From: Patescibacteria group bacterium | Lineage (GTDB): Bacteria > Patescibacteriota > Microgenomatia > UBA8517 | Direction of reading: 5' to 3' | DNA length: 64,000 bases | NCBI GenBank assembly: GCA_041742135.1 | Contig: JBGSJG010000001.1 | Span: 131,151 to 195,150 of the forward strand | Shown here: piece after piece, positions 40,350-48,637 of the stretch | Layout: each line of letters opens with the position of its first letter | How positions within the stretch are numbered: the stretch's first letter is position 1 | Translations under genes and position numbers: made by a program | Notes under the pieces: model-generated | The model's database searches: none | Told to the model about the DNA's origin: nothing | The model's input: the letters and a program-made list of their open reading frames with translations, nothing else

Positions 40350-41395
40350 TTTGTTAAGCTTTTAGCACTCATAATAAATTTACATAATGTCTTATTGTTG
40401 TTATCTAACACAATCTCTCCAGTTAACATAAATACTGGCTGGAGAAAACTTAAGTAGTTTTCGGTTTTTTCCATATACACAAGCTCGATCGCACTTAGCT
40501 CTATTGGTTTTTGGTTTAATATGTCAGAGTCTGTTATTTTTAAGGTCTGGTCTTGGCACTGGTAGAGAATTGCGGTCTTTGATGCTTGGCGCTCCAGCTC
40601 CTGAACTTTCATGGTTTTTATTGTTTCCTTTTCATTGTATGTTGAGTCGTGTTGAAGCCTTACGTGTGCAACCTCGTATTTGGAGTTTAAAACAACATCT
40701 ATAAGTCCTTCTGAAGATAAAGACAATATCGGATATCCTGCTGCATTTTTAGTAAAGGAAACCGAAACAGCGTTGTAGTCGGTGGAGTTTGGCACAAACT
40801 CATCAGAAATCAACAAAGGTTCGACACGTTGCGGTACCAGATCGCCAACTGGAAATGTTTTTATTCTTTCAAGGAAATCTTGAGCGGAGTTTAAGGCGGT
40901 AGTTTGGTCGGGCAGACCTGTAAATGGCTCATCTGTAAAGGAATATGTCTTATACTCAATCTTGCCGGAATAAGATTCGATCCTAAGCGACCTACTTGTT
41001 TCGGAAAACATAAAAACCTTTGCATTTTCTGAGCCAAAAACAAGAGGTTCACCTTCGAAACCGAAGTCTACTCCGATTTTGTCGACAGTGGATTTATCAA
41101 GTTGTATTGAATCAGACGAGAAGATTGGCAATTGGTCTGGGATTTCGAAATCTGCAAATTTTTCAAAGCCGTTGAAAACAAAGCCTTCCATGCTGGGGGA
41201 CTTTAAAATTGGAAGGCTGGTTATCGCTGGTTCATTGGTGGGAGGTATGTTGCCGATGTCTGTGTCTTTGTCTCTGTTTTGTTTAATGATTAAAAAGATC
41301 AACACTAAGGAACACAAAATTATAGTAGCTAAAAACAAGCCCCTTTTTGTAAATTGTATTTTTGAAATTTTTATCATGGTATTGTGGTCCCACAA
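40346..41395 (-). CDS. Hypothetical bitopic membrane protein, the last gene of the T4SS-like operon (VirB8-like topology)
   Basis: N-terminal TM (LFLATIILCSLVLIFLII), then a 300-aa extracytoplasmic domain. Overlaps the M23 gene by 22 nt, consistent with being in the operon. Confidence 0.4.
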   Translation of the reverse strand: MWDHNTMIKISKIQFTKRGLFLATIILCSLVLIFLIIKQNRDKDTDIGNIPPTNEPAITSLPILKSPSMEGFVFNGFEKFADFEIPDQLPIFSSDSIQLDKSTVDKIGVDFGFEGEPLVFGSENAKVFMFSETSRSLRIESYSGKIEYKTYSFTDEPFTGLPDQTTALNSAQDFLERIKTFPVGDLVPQRVEPLLISDEFVPNSTDYNAVSVSFTKNAAGYPILSLSSEGLIDVVLNSKYEVAHVRLQHDSTYNEKETIKTMKVQELERQASKTAILYQCQDQTLKITDSDILNQKPIELSAIELVYMEKTENYLSFLQPVFMLTGEIVLDNNNKTLCKFIMSAKSLTN

Positions 41396-42372
41396 TTGGT
41401 GGTGCAGCCTCGCAGTATTGACGCAGGGATATAAGGAAATTGCATCGGAATTGGTGATCCCACAAACCGATCATCAAGACCAGCTGCAGCTGGTCTAAAT
41501 TCGTAATGATCATGAATACTGTTTGCATATCCGGTGTCACCCACTACTCCAAGTATGGTTCCTCGAGTTACTGGAATTTGGAAAACTTCGTCCGTAACAG
41601 GATTCCATATGTTTGATGAAATTGTCGTAAAATGTACATGTCTGGTTCTGTAAGGCACTCCATTTGAGCATTCTCCCAATATGTCCACAAATAAGCCATC
41701 ATATCTGTCTGTGCCGGCCCATCTTACAACTCCGTCGTGAGTTGCGATAATTGTGTGATTTGGTGTTATAAGTTGTCCTGAAGACAGTCCAACATCTATA
41801 GCTTCAAGGCCAAAATGCGTCCAGCCGCTGGGGGTGAAAGGTCCTTGTTGGATCCAATAGGCTTGACCCGAGCCAGTTGTGACAGGCCACCCAGAAGGTC
41901 CTCCCGATGGGCAATCCTGATAACCTTCTGTGCCACCATCTGTCACGATCGTTCCTCCTCCAGGCGCTACATAGGCCCCAGAGTTGATAATAAACAACAT
42001 GAAACCTATAAAAAGAACCAGTACCATAGCGGCTCCTATGAGAAAACCAAAAGAGATAGTTGCCGCTTGTGCGACTGCTGCCCCAAATGCTGCGGCTGCA
42101 TTAACAAAAGCAAAAGGGATTGCTCCAATCACGCGACCCACATCTTTTAATCCTTTTGTTGCTGCCGCCCCAAGAAGATTGCCCACAAACGCTCCGAGGA
42201 TGTTTCCAATCACAGGCACAGCCGAACCCAGAGTGCTTCCAAGTGCACTCCCAATAGCTTTGGCTGTCGCCGTCTGTGCAATTTTTTGGCCAATTGCTTT
42301 TCCGGCTGTTTTGCTTATAGCCGTTTGAGCGGTTCTTTCAACCCTTCCTGGCTGCTTGTTTTTGTCTTCCAT
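41374..42372 (-). CDS. Membrane-embedded M23/LytM-like peptidase with a Gly/Ala-zipper N-terminal region, a candidate cell-wall hydrolase for the T4SS-like machine
   Basis: The N-terminal 130 aa are Gly/Ala-rich amphipathic/TM (…IGNILGAFVGNLLGAAATKG…). The C-terminus has HTIIATHDGVV…, a TRHVHF-containing segment, and …GDTGYANSIHDHYEF (HxH), resembling the M23 active-site arrangement. Confidence 0.55.
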   Translation of the reverse strand: MEDKNKQPGRVERTAQTAISKTAGKAIGQKIAQTATAKAIGSALGSTLGSAVPVIGNILGAFVGNLLGAAATKGLKDVGRVIGAIPFAFVNAAAAFGAAVAQAATISFGFLIGAAMVLVLFIGFMLFIINSGAYVAPGGGTIVTDGGTEGYQDCPSGGPSGWPVTTGSGQAYWIQQGPFTPSGWTHFGLEAIDVGLSSGQLITPNHTIIATHDGVVRWAGTDRYDGLFVDILGECSNGVPYRTRHVHFTTISSNIWNPVTDEVFQIPVTRGTILGVVGDTGYANSIHDHYEFRPAAAGLDDRFVGSPIPMQFPYIPASILRGCTTNCGTTIP

Positions 42373-42373
42373 T

Positions 42374-44287
42374 TTATCTAATTTTGGCTGCAGCTACCGC
42401 GACTTGCTCGCTTGAGATTGTTTGCTGTTTTTGAGCCATGTCTTGAGGCCTTGTTGTCACAAATTCATACTCCTCTGGAGAAGCAACAATTTTAATTGGT
42501 GCGTGATGAGGCCCGGCAAAAAGGATACCTTCACCAATGTCGGCGGCAAGTAAAAGTTGACGCTCCCCTTGGGACAAATAAAACACCTCACCAATCTTGT
42601 CGATAGCTGCGGGGGACTGGCGCAAGAGAAGCCTCATGGCGGCGTTAGTTACCACAGCCTTTCCAATGTCATGGTTTAGGAAGTCCTCGACGTCCTGAGT
42701 GATTGTGGTAAGCCCTAGATAGTATTTACGGGCCCTCTTAGCGATGGACCACATAAATTGCGCCGAGTCTTGATATCGCATCATATGCCAGGCCTCATCC
42801 ACAATAAGTAAACGACGCTTGATATCGCGCCGCACCTTTGTCCAGATAAAATCAAGAATGATAAACATGACAACCGGGCGAATGGCGTCTTCTACATCGC
42901 GTACTGAAAAAACTGTATAAGGATTTTTGATATCGATGTTGGTTTGCTGGTCAAACACGCCGACGTAGCTTCCTTTAACAAACTTCTCGATACGTGCCGC
43001 CAAGTCCAAAGCGTCAGTGGTTTCCATGCCGATAAGGGATTTGTATAAGTCTTCAATCAGTGGTGGCTCTAGCTTTTGTGTTTCCGGATCGGAAGTAATA
43101 CCTTTGGCGCGGTAAGCATTCATAAGCGCGCGGTCGAGTAGGGCCTCTTGGGTTGGGGTAATCTCGCCCATAATGACTTTAAAAAGTGAATGAAGCGTTA
43201 GAATTTTAAGACCCAGCTGATCTTCACCTTCGACATATACTTGGCTTAAGTCAAAAGGGTTAATTTTGGAAGGGGAGGACGCGCTAAAAACTATGTACTC
43301 ACCACCCGCAGCCTGAGCCAATGCTTTGTACTCGTTTTCAGGATCAATCACGATTACCTCGGTTCCAAGCATCAAAGAACGTACGCTTTCAAGTTTCACA
43401 AAGAAAGATTTTCCAGCACCTGAGGTAGCAAAAACTACCATGTTGCTGTTTTCAAGTTCAAAGCGATCAAAGATAATAAATGAATCGTTTTGTGAGTTTA
43501 TGCCGTACAAAACTCCACGGTCGCTTGAAAGCTCGGCAGTTGTGAAAGGAAATGTTGTCGCAAGGGAAGTGGTGTCCATATTGCGGCTGACAAGTAATGT
43601 ATCGCGGGCAAATGGAGCTGCTGACGAAAACGCCTTTTCCATGTCAAGAGCCGCAAGCTTTGCTGAAATTAAAACCGAACCCAAAGTGGACTCGATGCGT
43701 TTGGTCACGCTGTCAAGCTCGTCTGGGCTTGTTGCAGGAATTGTTATATAGAAGGAAAACTGGAAAAAGCGCTCGGCACCTTTGACAAGAAGATCTTGAA
43801 GGACTTTAGCGTCTTCAAGCTTAGCTTCTGTTCCGGGGTTTACAATTTTACCCCTTTGAATATCAGTCGACATTTCAGCTTCCATCTCAGTAATCTTGCG
43901 GCGTAGCTCGGACAAAATTTCCTGTCCCTCAACTGGATAGATGAAAAATGATATATCCAAGCTGTGGTCAAAATTTATAATTGGGTTTAGCCAACCCGGA
44001 GATACAAACCTGGGGTAGCCTGAAACATAAAGCGTTCTAAAATAGATGTCGTTAATCTTGACGTGATCAAAGCTTACTTCCATCTGGCTTGGGGCGATCA
44101 GATCAGTCGGGCTCATGGCGCGCTCTTCGGCGGAGTCAAAAGGTAGCTTGACCAATGGCTTTTCGGGTTTGGGAATTTTGTAGCCAAAGTAATCAGAAAA
44201 ATTAGGGTCCTGCTCTACTGGGGCAGGAGGTGTAACCGCTGAAGCGGCAACTGGTTGATTTTTGGTTTTTAGTATAAATAACTTCAT
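42374..44287 (-). CDS. virB4: VirB4/TraC-family conjugal-transfer-type ATPase, C-terminal portion including the ATPase domain
   Basis: Walker A VVFATSGAGKSFFVK and Walker B RRLLIVDEAWHMM (the DEAW typical of VirB4), and …LGLTTITQDVEDF…. The N-terminal part carries the YFRTLYVSGYPRFVSPGWL motif of Gram-positive-type VirB4. Confidence 0.8.
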   Translation of the reverse strand: MKLFILKTKNQPVAASAVTPPAPVEQDPNFSDYFGYKIPKPEKPLVKLPFDSAEERAMSPTDLIAPSQMEVSFDHVKINDIYFRTLYVSGYPRFVSPGWLNPIINFDHSLDISFFIYPVEGQEILSELRRKITEMEAEMSTDIQRGKIVNPGTEAKLEDAKVLQDLLVKGAERFFQFSFYITIPATSPDELDSVTKRIESTLGSVLISAKLAALDMEKAFSSAAPFARDTLLVSRNMDTTSLATTFPFTTAELSSDRGVLYGINSQNDSFIIFDRFELENSNMVVFATSGAGKSFFVKLESVRSLMLGTEVIVIDPENEYKALAQAAGGEYIVFSASSPSKINPFDLSQVYVEGEDQLGLKILTLHSLFKVIMGEITPTQEALLDRALMNAYRAKGITSDPETQKLEPPLIEDLYKSLIGMETTDALDLAARIEKFVKGSYVGVFDQQTNIDIKNPYTVFSVRDVEDAIRPVVMFIILDFIWTKVRRDIKRRLLIVDEAWHMMRYQDSAQFMWSIAKRARKYYLGLTTITQDVEDFLNHDIGKAVVTNAAMRLLLRQSPAAIDKIGEVFYLSQGERQLLLAADIGEGILFAGPHHAPIKIVASPEEYEFVTTRPQDMAQKQQTISSEQVAVAAAKIR

Positions 44288-45018
44288 TTTTTAGTATCTT
44301 TCTCAACCTCTAGTATTACAGGTTCTTTCTTTTCTTTAACTGCCTCGGCTGGCGGGTTATATACGTTATAATACAACTCTGTCACTTGCTCGCTACTTAG
44401 GTGGCGAAGGCGTAGTCCCAAACGTGCAGCCTGGCGAATCAAATGATCGCGTTTAGGAAAAAGTGCAATCTTTGCTTTTTTGACCACAAATTCTTTTGTG
44501 TAAGGAAGTGCCGCGCTTCTTTTAGACAACATCTTAAAAGATTGAGAAAGCCCAAGCTCAAGCGGCGAGAAGGGAATAACCAAAAAGAATCGCTTGCCCA
44601 AGACGTTTCTTTTTTTGGTAGTTTCGATGACGAAATTGTAATAACTATCCATAAGGAATTTCAGCTTGGGGCTCTGAATTTGCTTTGCTGACTCCTTTAA
44701 GTATTCCAAATACTGGGTAATGTCCTTTCTTTGTGTACGGATGACAATTTGAATCGAAAAGGAAAGACTGTTAATAAGCGCGGCATATGCCGCCACGACC
44801 GCTTCTTGCTCGTTATCGCTTAAGAGACCAAAGTTAAGCGAAGTTGACTCAAGAACAACAGCCGCCCCGCCATCTTTGTATAAAACAACCCCGTCAACAA
44901 TATCTGCAATAGGAAGATGAGCTTGAGTGGTAGTCACAAGCGGCCTGTTTGGTGCATTAAAAATTGGAACTTTTGAAAAAACGTTTTTTACAGGTGATAT
45001 TTTTGGCATATTAAACAC
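44284..45018 (-). CDS. VirB4 N-terminal-domain protein, a separate ORF translationally coupled (ATGA overlap) to the ATPase ORF
   Basis: LPIADIVDGVVLYKDGGAAVVLESTSLNFGLLSDNEQEAVVAAYAALINSLSFSIQIVIRTQRKD matches the start of Gram-positive VirB4/PrgJ/TcpF-type proteins. Its stop TGA overlaps the next ATG. Confidence 0.6.
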   Translation of the reverse strand: MFNMPKISPVKNVFSKVPIFNAPNRPLVTTTQAHLPIADIVDGVVLYKDGGAAVVLESTSLNFGLLSDNEQEAVVAAYAALINSLSFSIQIVIRTQRKDITQYLEYLKESAKQIQSPKLKFLMDSYYNFVIETTKKRNVLGKRFFLVIPFSPLELGLSQSFKMLSKRSAALPYTKEFVVKKAKIALFPKRDHLIRQAARLGLRLRHLSSEQVTELYYNVYNPPAEAVKEKKEPVILEVEKDTKK

Positions 45019-46027
45019 TCCAAACCGCGCGGTAAGGCGCGGCAGAATCGGGTAAAGCGTCTTTGGATTTTATCGCAATTGGCATTATTAGCTCCCCAGT
45101 GGTCCTAAAACTTAAAGGCTCAAAGTTTAAACCTTCCTTTTCAATTGCGATTTTGTATTCACCGTTAGGAAGTGGAGTGACGATCATAAAATGCCCAGCT
45201 TTGTTGGTTTTGAGAGCTCGAACAGGGCGACCGTCTGTGTCTGTAATTTCAAGTATTGCTCCTTCAACAATTTTCCCAACTGAATCCATCACTTGCCCAA
45301 CAACCGTGTTTGGCATAGTAGGAGGAGAAGGTGGTGCTGCCTCTGGTGAAAAGTCTGCGTTTTGAGTTTGTGGAGTCGTGCTTTGGGTAAGTGGCGCGGT
45401 AACCACTGAGGTTGTGACTGGTGTTTGTGTAGGAGGCTGGTTAAAGCCGGCAACCGGCACTTGAACAGAGGGAGCAGTTGGAACAACAAGAGGTTGTTTT
45501 TGCTCACTAGGGGCAATCGGTGCCACTGGGGTTACTGGTGGCGGCGGGGTTTCGGCTACAGCAGGAGAGCCCGCGGTATGCTTACCTCCAAGCATATGGG
45601 AAAGCTTGGAAAGAAAATCTTTCTCCTGTGCTTCTAGGTTGCGGGTGGCGTTATCTGCAGGCAAACTTTGAGGCACTTCTTCAACAGGAGTGTCTGCGCT
45701 AGCTTGTGTGTCAGCCGCAAAATACTGATCCGGGCTTCCTGTTTTTTTCCAAACAAACAAAGTTGGTGCATAGATTGACCTAAAAAATGCAACCAACCAC
45801 TGCTCAAGAGGCCGGTCTTGGATGGGCAAAAAGGCAAATGCTGCTCCAGCGACTACAGAAATCACAATCATCGGCCACTTAAAAAAGCCGGGCAAAGGGA
45901 GCGAATAAATTATAAGGCCCAAAACCGCGCCAACAGCAAGTTGGAAAAACTGCTTCAAAGTCATGTCTCCCACAAGCCGGAATTGGTAAGAGCTTATTTG
46001 TTGAGGTACAGGGTGTTGTTCAAACAT
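45011..46027 (-). CDS. VirB3-like two-TM protein fused to a Pro/Thr-rich linker and a C-terminal carboxypeptidase-regulatory-like beta-sandwich domain
   Basis: The N-terminus has 2 TM helices and …DRPLEQWLVAFFRSIYAPTLFVW…, a VirB3/TrbD-like layout directly upstream of VirB4. The linker is PPPVTPVAPIAPS…. The C-terminus (…DTDGRPVRALKTNKAGHFMIVTPLPNGEYKIAIEKEGLNFEP…) is CarbopepD_reg/transthyretin-like. Confidence 0.5.
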   Translation of the reverse strand: MFEQHPVPQQISSYQFRLVGDMTLKQFFQLAVGAVLGLIIYSLPLPGFFKWPMIVISVVAGAAFAFLPIQDRPLEQWLVAFFRSIYAPTLFVWKKTGSPDQYFAADTQASADTPVEEVPQSLPADNATRNLEAQEKDFLSKLSHMLGGKHTAGSPAVAETPPPPVTPVAPIAPSEQKQPLVVPTAPSVQVPVAGFNQPPTQTPVTTSVVTAPLTQSTTPQTQNADFSPEAAPPSPPTMPNTVVGQVMDSVGKIVEGAILEITDTDGRPVRALKTNKAGHFMIVTPLPNGEYKIAIEKEGLNFEPLSFRTTGELIMPIAIKSKDALPDSAAPYRAVWSV

Positions 46028-46135
46028 TTTTTAAGATTTTAAAAATCTAGTATTCTACTATATTCATCTTACCTTGTGAAAGGTTCCTTTCAAGTAGAGG
46101 GATATTTTCACAAAAAATGAGGTTTGTGGTAAAAT

Positions 46136-48568
46136 TTGGCCATGACAACTGAACATGGTGATGATCCGATGTCTCCTAGGCCGGAGGAATCTGAATTTGA
46201 AGCAAGAAGACTTACTGGGGAGAGAGGGTCTATTTATCGAGTGGAACTGTCGCGTTTTCCTGAACTTCTCGATCCAAGGGCTGTGGTGATACAAGGTAGG
46301 GAATTTATCGGGCAGATGGTAGACACCTTTTACGAAACAGGGGAGACCGTGAGTCCATATGTCGTTCAGGACACAAAACGTAGGACCAGAGAGAAGCCGG
46401 AATTATATCGTGACATTATGGAGACAGGCGCTTATTCTTTTACTGACGAAGAGCTGAGAGCTGGCCTAGTAGAGCGCCCACAGCAAACACTATGGATGCA
46501 AGTTCCTGATGCCTATATTGCAAGATTGTCTTTACCTGCTGGTGATCCCCAAAAAGTAGACATTGTTGACGATGGAACAAAGAAATATTGGTTAGTCGAT
46601 GGTCAACGTATGCCCTTTGCAGACAACGGTGAGCTTATGAGGCGAACAAAAGGCGAGAAGGCTGAGTCGAATCGATTTTATGTTGGTGTTGAGTCGCGAG
46701 GTGTTAGCAAAGAAGATGCTCGCAGGAATCGCGAGGTGTTAGCACATTCAATTGAAGGTGTTGGTGTAATTCTTGAAGCTTGGGATAATTTAATACAAAA
46801 AACTCACGAACAAGACCTTTTTGCTGATAGTGACGAAAATTACGTTAAACAGAAATTTTTAAGGATTGGCAAGGTAATAATGAGGGCACGGTATTACGCT
46901 GAAATCTTTAGAGCCCCAGAGACCCGAGAGGGTCTTGCGCCTGCTGGTGCTAAGCTTGAGCAAGCGGTTCTTGCTTGGCAGGATTTGCTTCAAAATAGAG
47001 CGGTTGTTGAAATTGAAATCCCCAATCCTAATAAACCAGAGGAAACTATTAAGGCAAAACGAGTCATGCCAAACGCTCACGCTTATGCCAAAAACTGGGG
47101 AATGCGTGAACTAAACACCGAATATGTTCAAAGTCGTGTTGCTCAGCAGTTTGCTGGTGAGCGAGCCCCTGAAGGAGTGGACCATCAACACTTCCGCCAT
47201 GTGCGAGATAAGGACAATAGGAGAATTGCACGGCAAGCGGCGATTTTGGTGGACCATTTTGATTTAGATGCTGCTTATCCTTTTGACCTAGTATGGGAGA
47301 GAGACGCTTCAGGTAAGATGCGAATAACGAGTGTTGTTGAGGAGGTTGCCTATGTTGACTCTGCAAAACTTACACACCCTACTGCGCGAAGGGTCAAAGA
47401 GCGTTTCGGGGATGTGTTGGTTGTTTCAGGTATTCATGATCGGAGGAACGCGGAGAGCAGGCGGGACCACCCAAGAGCTTCTGGGTCACCCGTAACTCTT
47501 TATACACTTCCCGAATTGTCGAGTGATTTTTTGAATGTCACCTCAGTGGAAGTGGTTGCTTTTAATAAGGGCGACCTTGAAAAACGGAAAACAAATCGCG
47601 AGCAACAAGTTAGAAGAAAAGTTATTAAAGTAACCATAGATCAAAGAGCTTTTGGTGCAAAAGATCCCAAAGAAGACAAAAGAGTTTTTTATGGGACTTC
47701 TGACTCTCGGCGTTGGAGTTATGTTAGAAAAGCGAAAGAGGCAGGAAAGAAATCCGACGACGACGTTTGGGTATACGAGGTAACCGGTTTGGGAGACAAT
47801 CGAATTTGGGATGAAGTGCAGGCGGTAGTTAAAGTGGATGGTGAGACAACAGCGTTTGCAAGGGAAGACATTCTTGCGATTACACCAGTCGACAGCAAAG
47901 GAAAAACTGCAAGAGAACTTATGGCTGATGGGGTAGAGAAACTCGAGGTTGCCATGGGCACAACCACAAATGCGACTGAAATTCCAAAAGGTCTTTTGGA
48001 ATTCTATGCTTGGGCTGGAATTTACGGCGAGTTTACAAGGGAGGATTTCGAAAGACAGTTTGCTGAGTATACAGACAAGGACCCTGCGAAATTAAGAAGC
48101 ATTAGTAAGCAGCTTGGCGTGGCAGTTAATCAACTTGCTAACACACACCAACTATCGCGCGATACTGTAGCTAAATTAGAAGAATACCTGAGAATTTCGT
48201 TAATGGCGGGTTTAGCTGCTGCAATTATAGTTGGTAAAGACGTTAAAACAGGCACTCGATCTGAGGAGCAACCTACTCTGATTCCTTTAGAGGCTCGAGG
48301 TAAAGATAACATATTTATACCACTAAAGAGAGCTATGCTAAAAGCGGAGTTTGTTAAAAGAAAAGAAGGCAAGCTTGGAAACGAACCAGAATGGGCAGAC
48401 AAAGACGAAGAGGGACTTTTTGATTTTATTGTTAACAGCCAAAACTTGGGGCCGATGAGCCCGTGGGACTTGGCAGAAAACGGTAGACGTTTTTTTACTG
48501 ACGCACAACTTGAAGAGCTACGACCTTTGTACAGTATTCTCTTTTTGCCTGGCAGCACAAGGGAATAA
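46136..48568 (+). CDS. Hypothetical 810-aa soluble protein (no TM, no Walker motifs), divergent from the T4SS-like operon
   Basis: Long ORF, rich in Arg/Glu/Asp. No recognisable catalytic motif. GC appears higher than in the neighbouring genes. Confidence 0.5.
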   Translation: MAMTTEHGDDPMSPRPEESEFEARRLTGERGSIYRVELSRFPELLDPRAVVIQGREFIGQMVDTFYETGETVSPYVVQDTKRRTREKPELYRDIMETGAYSFTDEELRAGLVERPQQTLWMQVPDAYIARLSLPAGDPQKVDIVDDGTKKYWLVDGQRMPFADNGELMRRTKGEKAESNRFYVGVESRGVSKEDARRNREVLAHSIEGVGVILEAWDNLIQKTHEQDLFADSDENYVKQKFLRIGKVIMRARYYAEIFRAPETREGLAPAGAKLEQAVLAWQDLLQNRAVVEIEIPNPNKPEETIKAKRVMPNAHAYAKNWGMRELNTEYVQSRVAQQFAGERAPEGVDHQHFRHVRDKDNRRIARQAAILVDHFDLDAAYPFDLVWERDASGKMRITSVVEEVAYVDSAKLTHPTARRVKERFGDVLVVSGIHDRRNAESRRDHPRASGSPVTLYTLPELSSDFLNVTSVEVVAFNKGDLEKRKTNREQQVRRKVIKVTIDQRAFGAKDPKEDKRVFYGTSDSRRWSYVRKAKEAGKKSDDDVWVYEVTGLGDNRIWDEVQAVVKVDGETTAFAREDILAITPVDSKGKTARELMADGVEKLEVAMGTTTNATEIPKGLLEFYAWAGIYGEFTREDFERQFAEYTDKDPAKLRSISKQLGVAVNQLANTHQLSRDTVAKLEEYLRISLMAGLAAAIIVGKDVKTGTRSEEQPTLIPLEARGKDNIFIPLKRAMLKAEFVKRKEGKLGNEPEWADKDEEGLFDFIVNSQNLGPMSPWDLAENGRRFFTDAQLEELRPLYSILFLPGSTRE

Positions 48569-48637
48569 AACAATCTTCTTATACAAAAAACCCCACCCAA
48601 GTTTGCGATAGTGAAATTGTCTTTTTGAGTGAAGAGT

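Noticed and set aside
46136-48568. 810-aa protein as a relaxase (HQHFRH resembles a His cluster)
   Set aside because: H-Q-H is not a hydrophobic HUH motif, no N-terminal catalytic Tyr motif context is visible, and the size and charge pattern do not fit MOB families. It is left as an unknown.
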